Assembly (NCBI RefSeq): GCF_964188315.1 | Contig: NC_135672.1 | Location: forward strand, 13,082,001 to 13,146,000 | From: Podarcis muralis | Lineage: Eukaryota | Length of the DNA stretch: 64,000 nt | Direction: 5' to 3' | Shown: in pieces, positions 63,857-64,000 of the stretch | How the letters are laid out: each line of letters begins with the position of its first letter | How positions within the stretch are numbered: position 1 is the first letter of the stretch | Notes under the pieces: model-generated | The model's input: only the letters and a program-made list of their open reading frames with translations | Told to the model about the DNA's origin: nothing | The model's database searches: none | Position numbers and translations under genes: made by a program

Positions 63857-64000
63857 TATTCACTAACAGTTATTCGCCAGCGTGTTCCATTTGCATGTTT
63901 GTAGATTGTTACCTTTTGCAACACAGGGGCTTGTGTTCATTTAAACCTAGCCAGTGCCAGGAAAAGGTCTGCTGTGCTTCATCCCTGGTAGATTTCACAT

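Overview
Vertebrate genomic DNA, not prokaryotic. It is GC-rich with long G/C homopolymer runs, and the repeat content (Sauria SINE, BovB, an L2 family, Tc1/mariner and hAT MITEs) points to a squamate, probably a lacertid lizard (inference). Six protein-coding genes were resolved exon by exon: KLF2 (-), TPM4 (+; long 1a/2b and short 1b starts, striated-type 9a and non-muscle 9d ends), FAM32A (-; two apparent 1-bp deletions in exon 2), TIMM13 (+), RAB8A (-), and the first two exons of AP1M1 (+). The first ~2.4 kb looks like the 3' UTR of an upstream + strand gene. There are two short head-to-head CpG-island promoters (FAM32A/TIMM13 and RAB8A/AP1M1) and three assembly gaps. Most notable observations: (1) a MEF2 + 6 bp + TATA module that occurs three times upstream of KLF2; (2) an unannotated candidate small-ORF exon downstream of one of these modules; (3) a minor-spliceosome (U12) donor in AP1M1; (4) a solo LTR inside TIMM13; (5) an intact striated-muscle TPM4 exon 9a with cardiac-type motif clusters; (6) a locally clustered 45-bp-unit transposon-like element that hosts two closely related BovB inserts. 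All calls were made by reading the sequence; no searches were run, and repeat boundaries are approximate unless a TSD is given.
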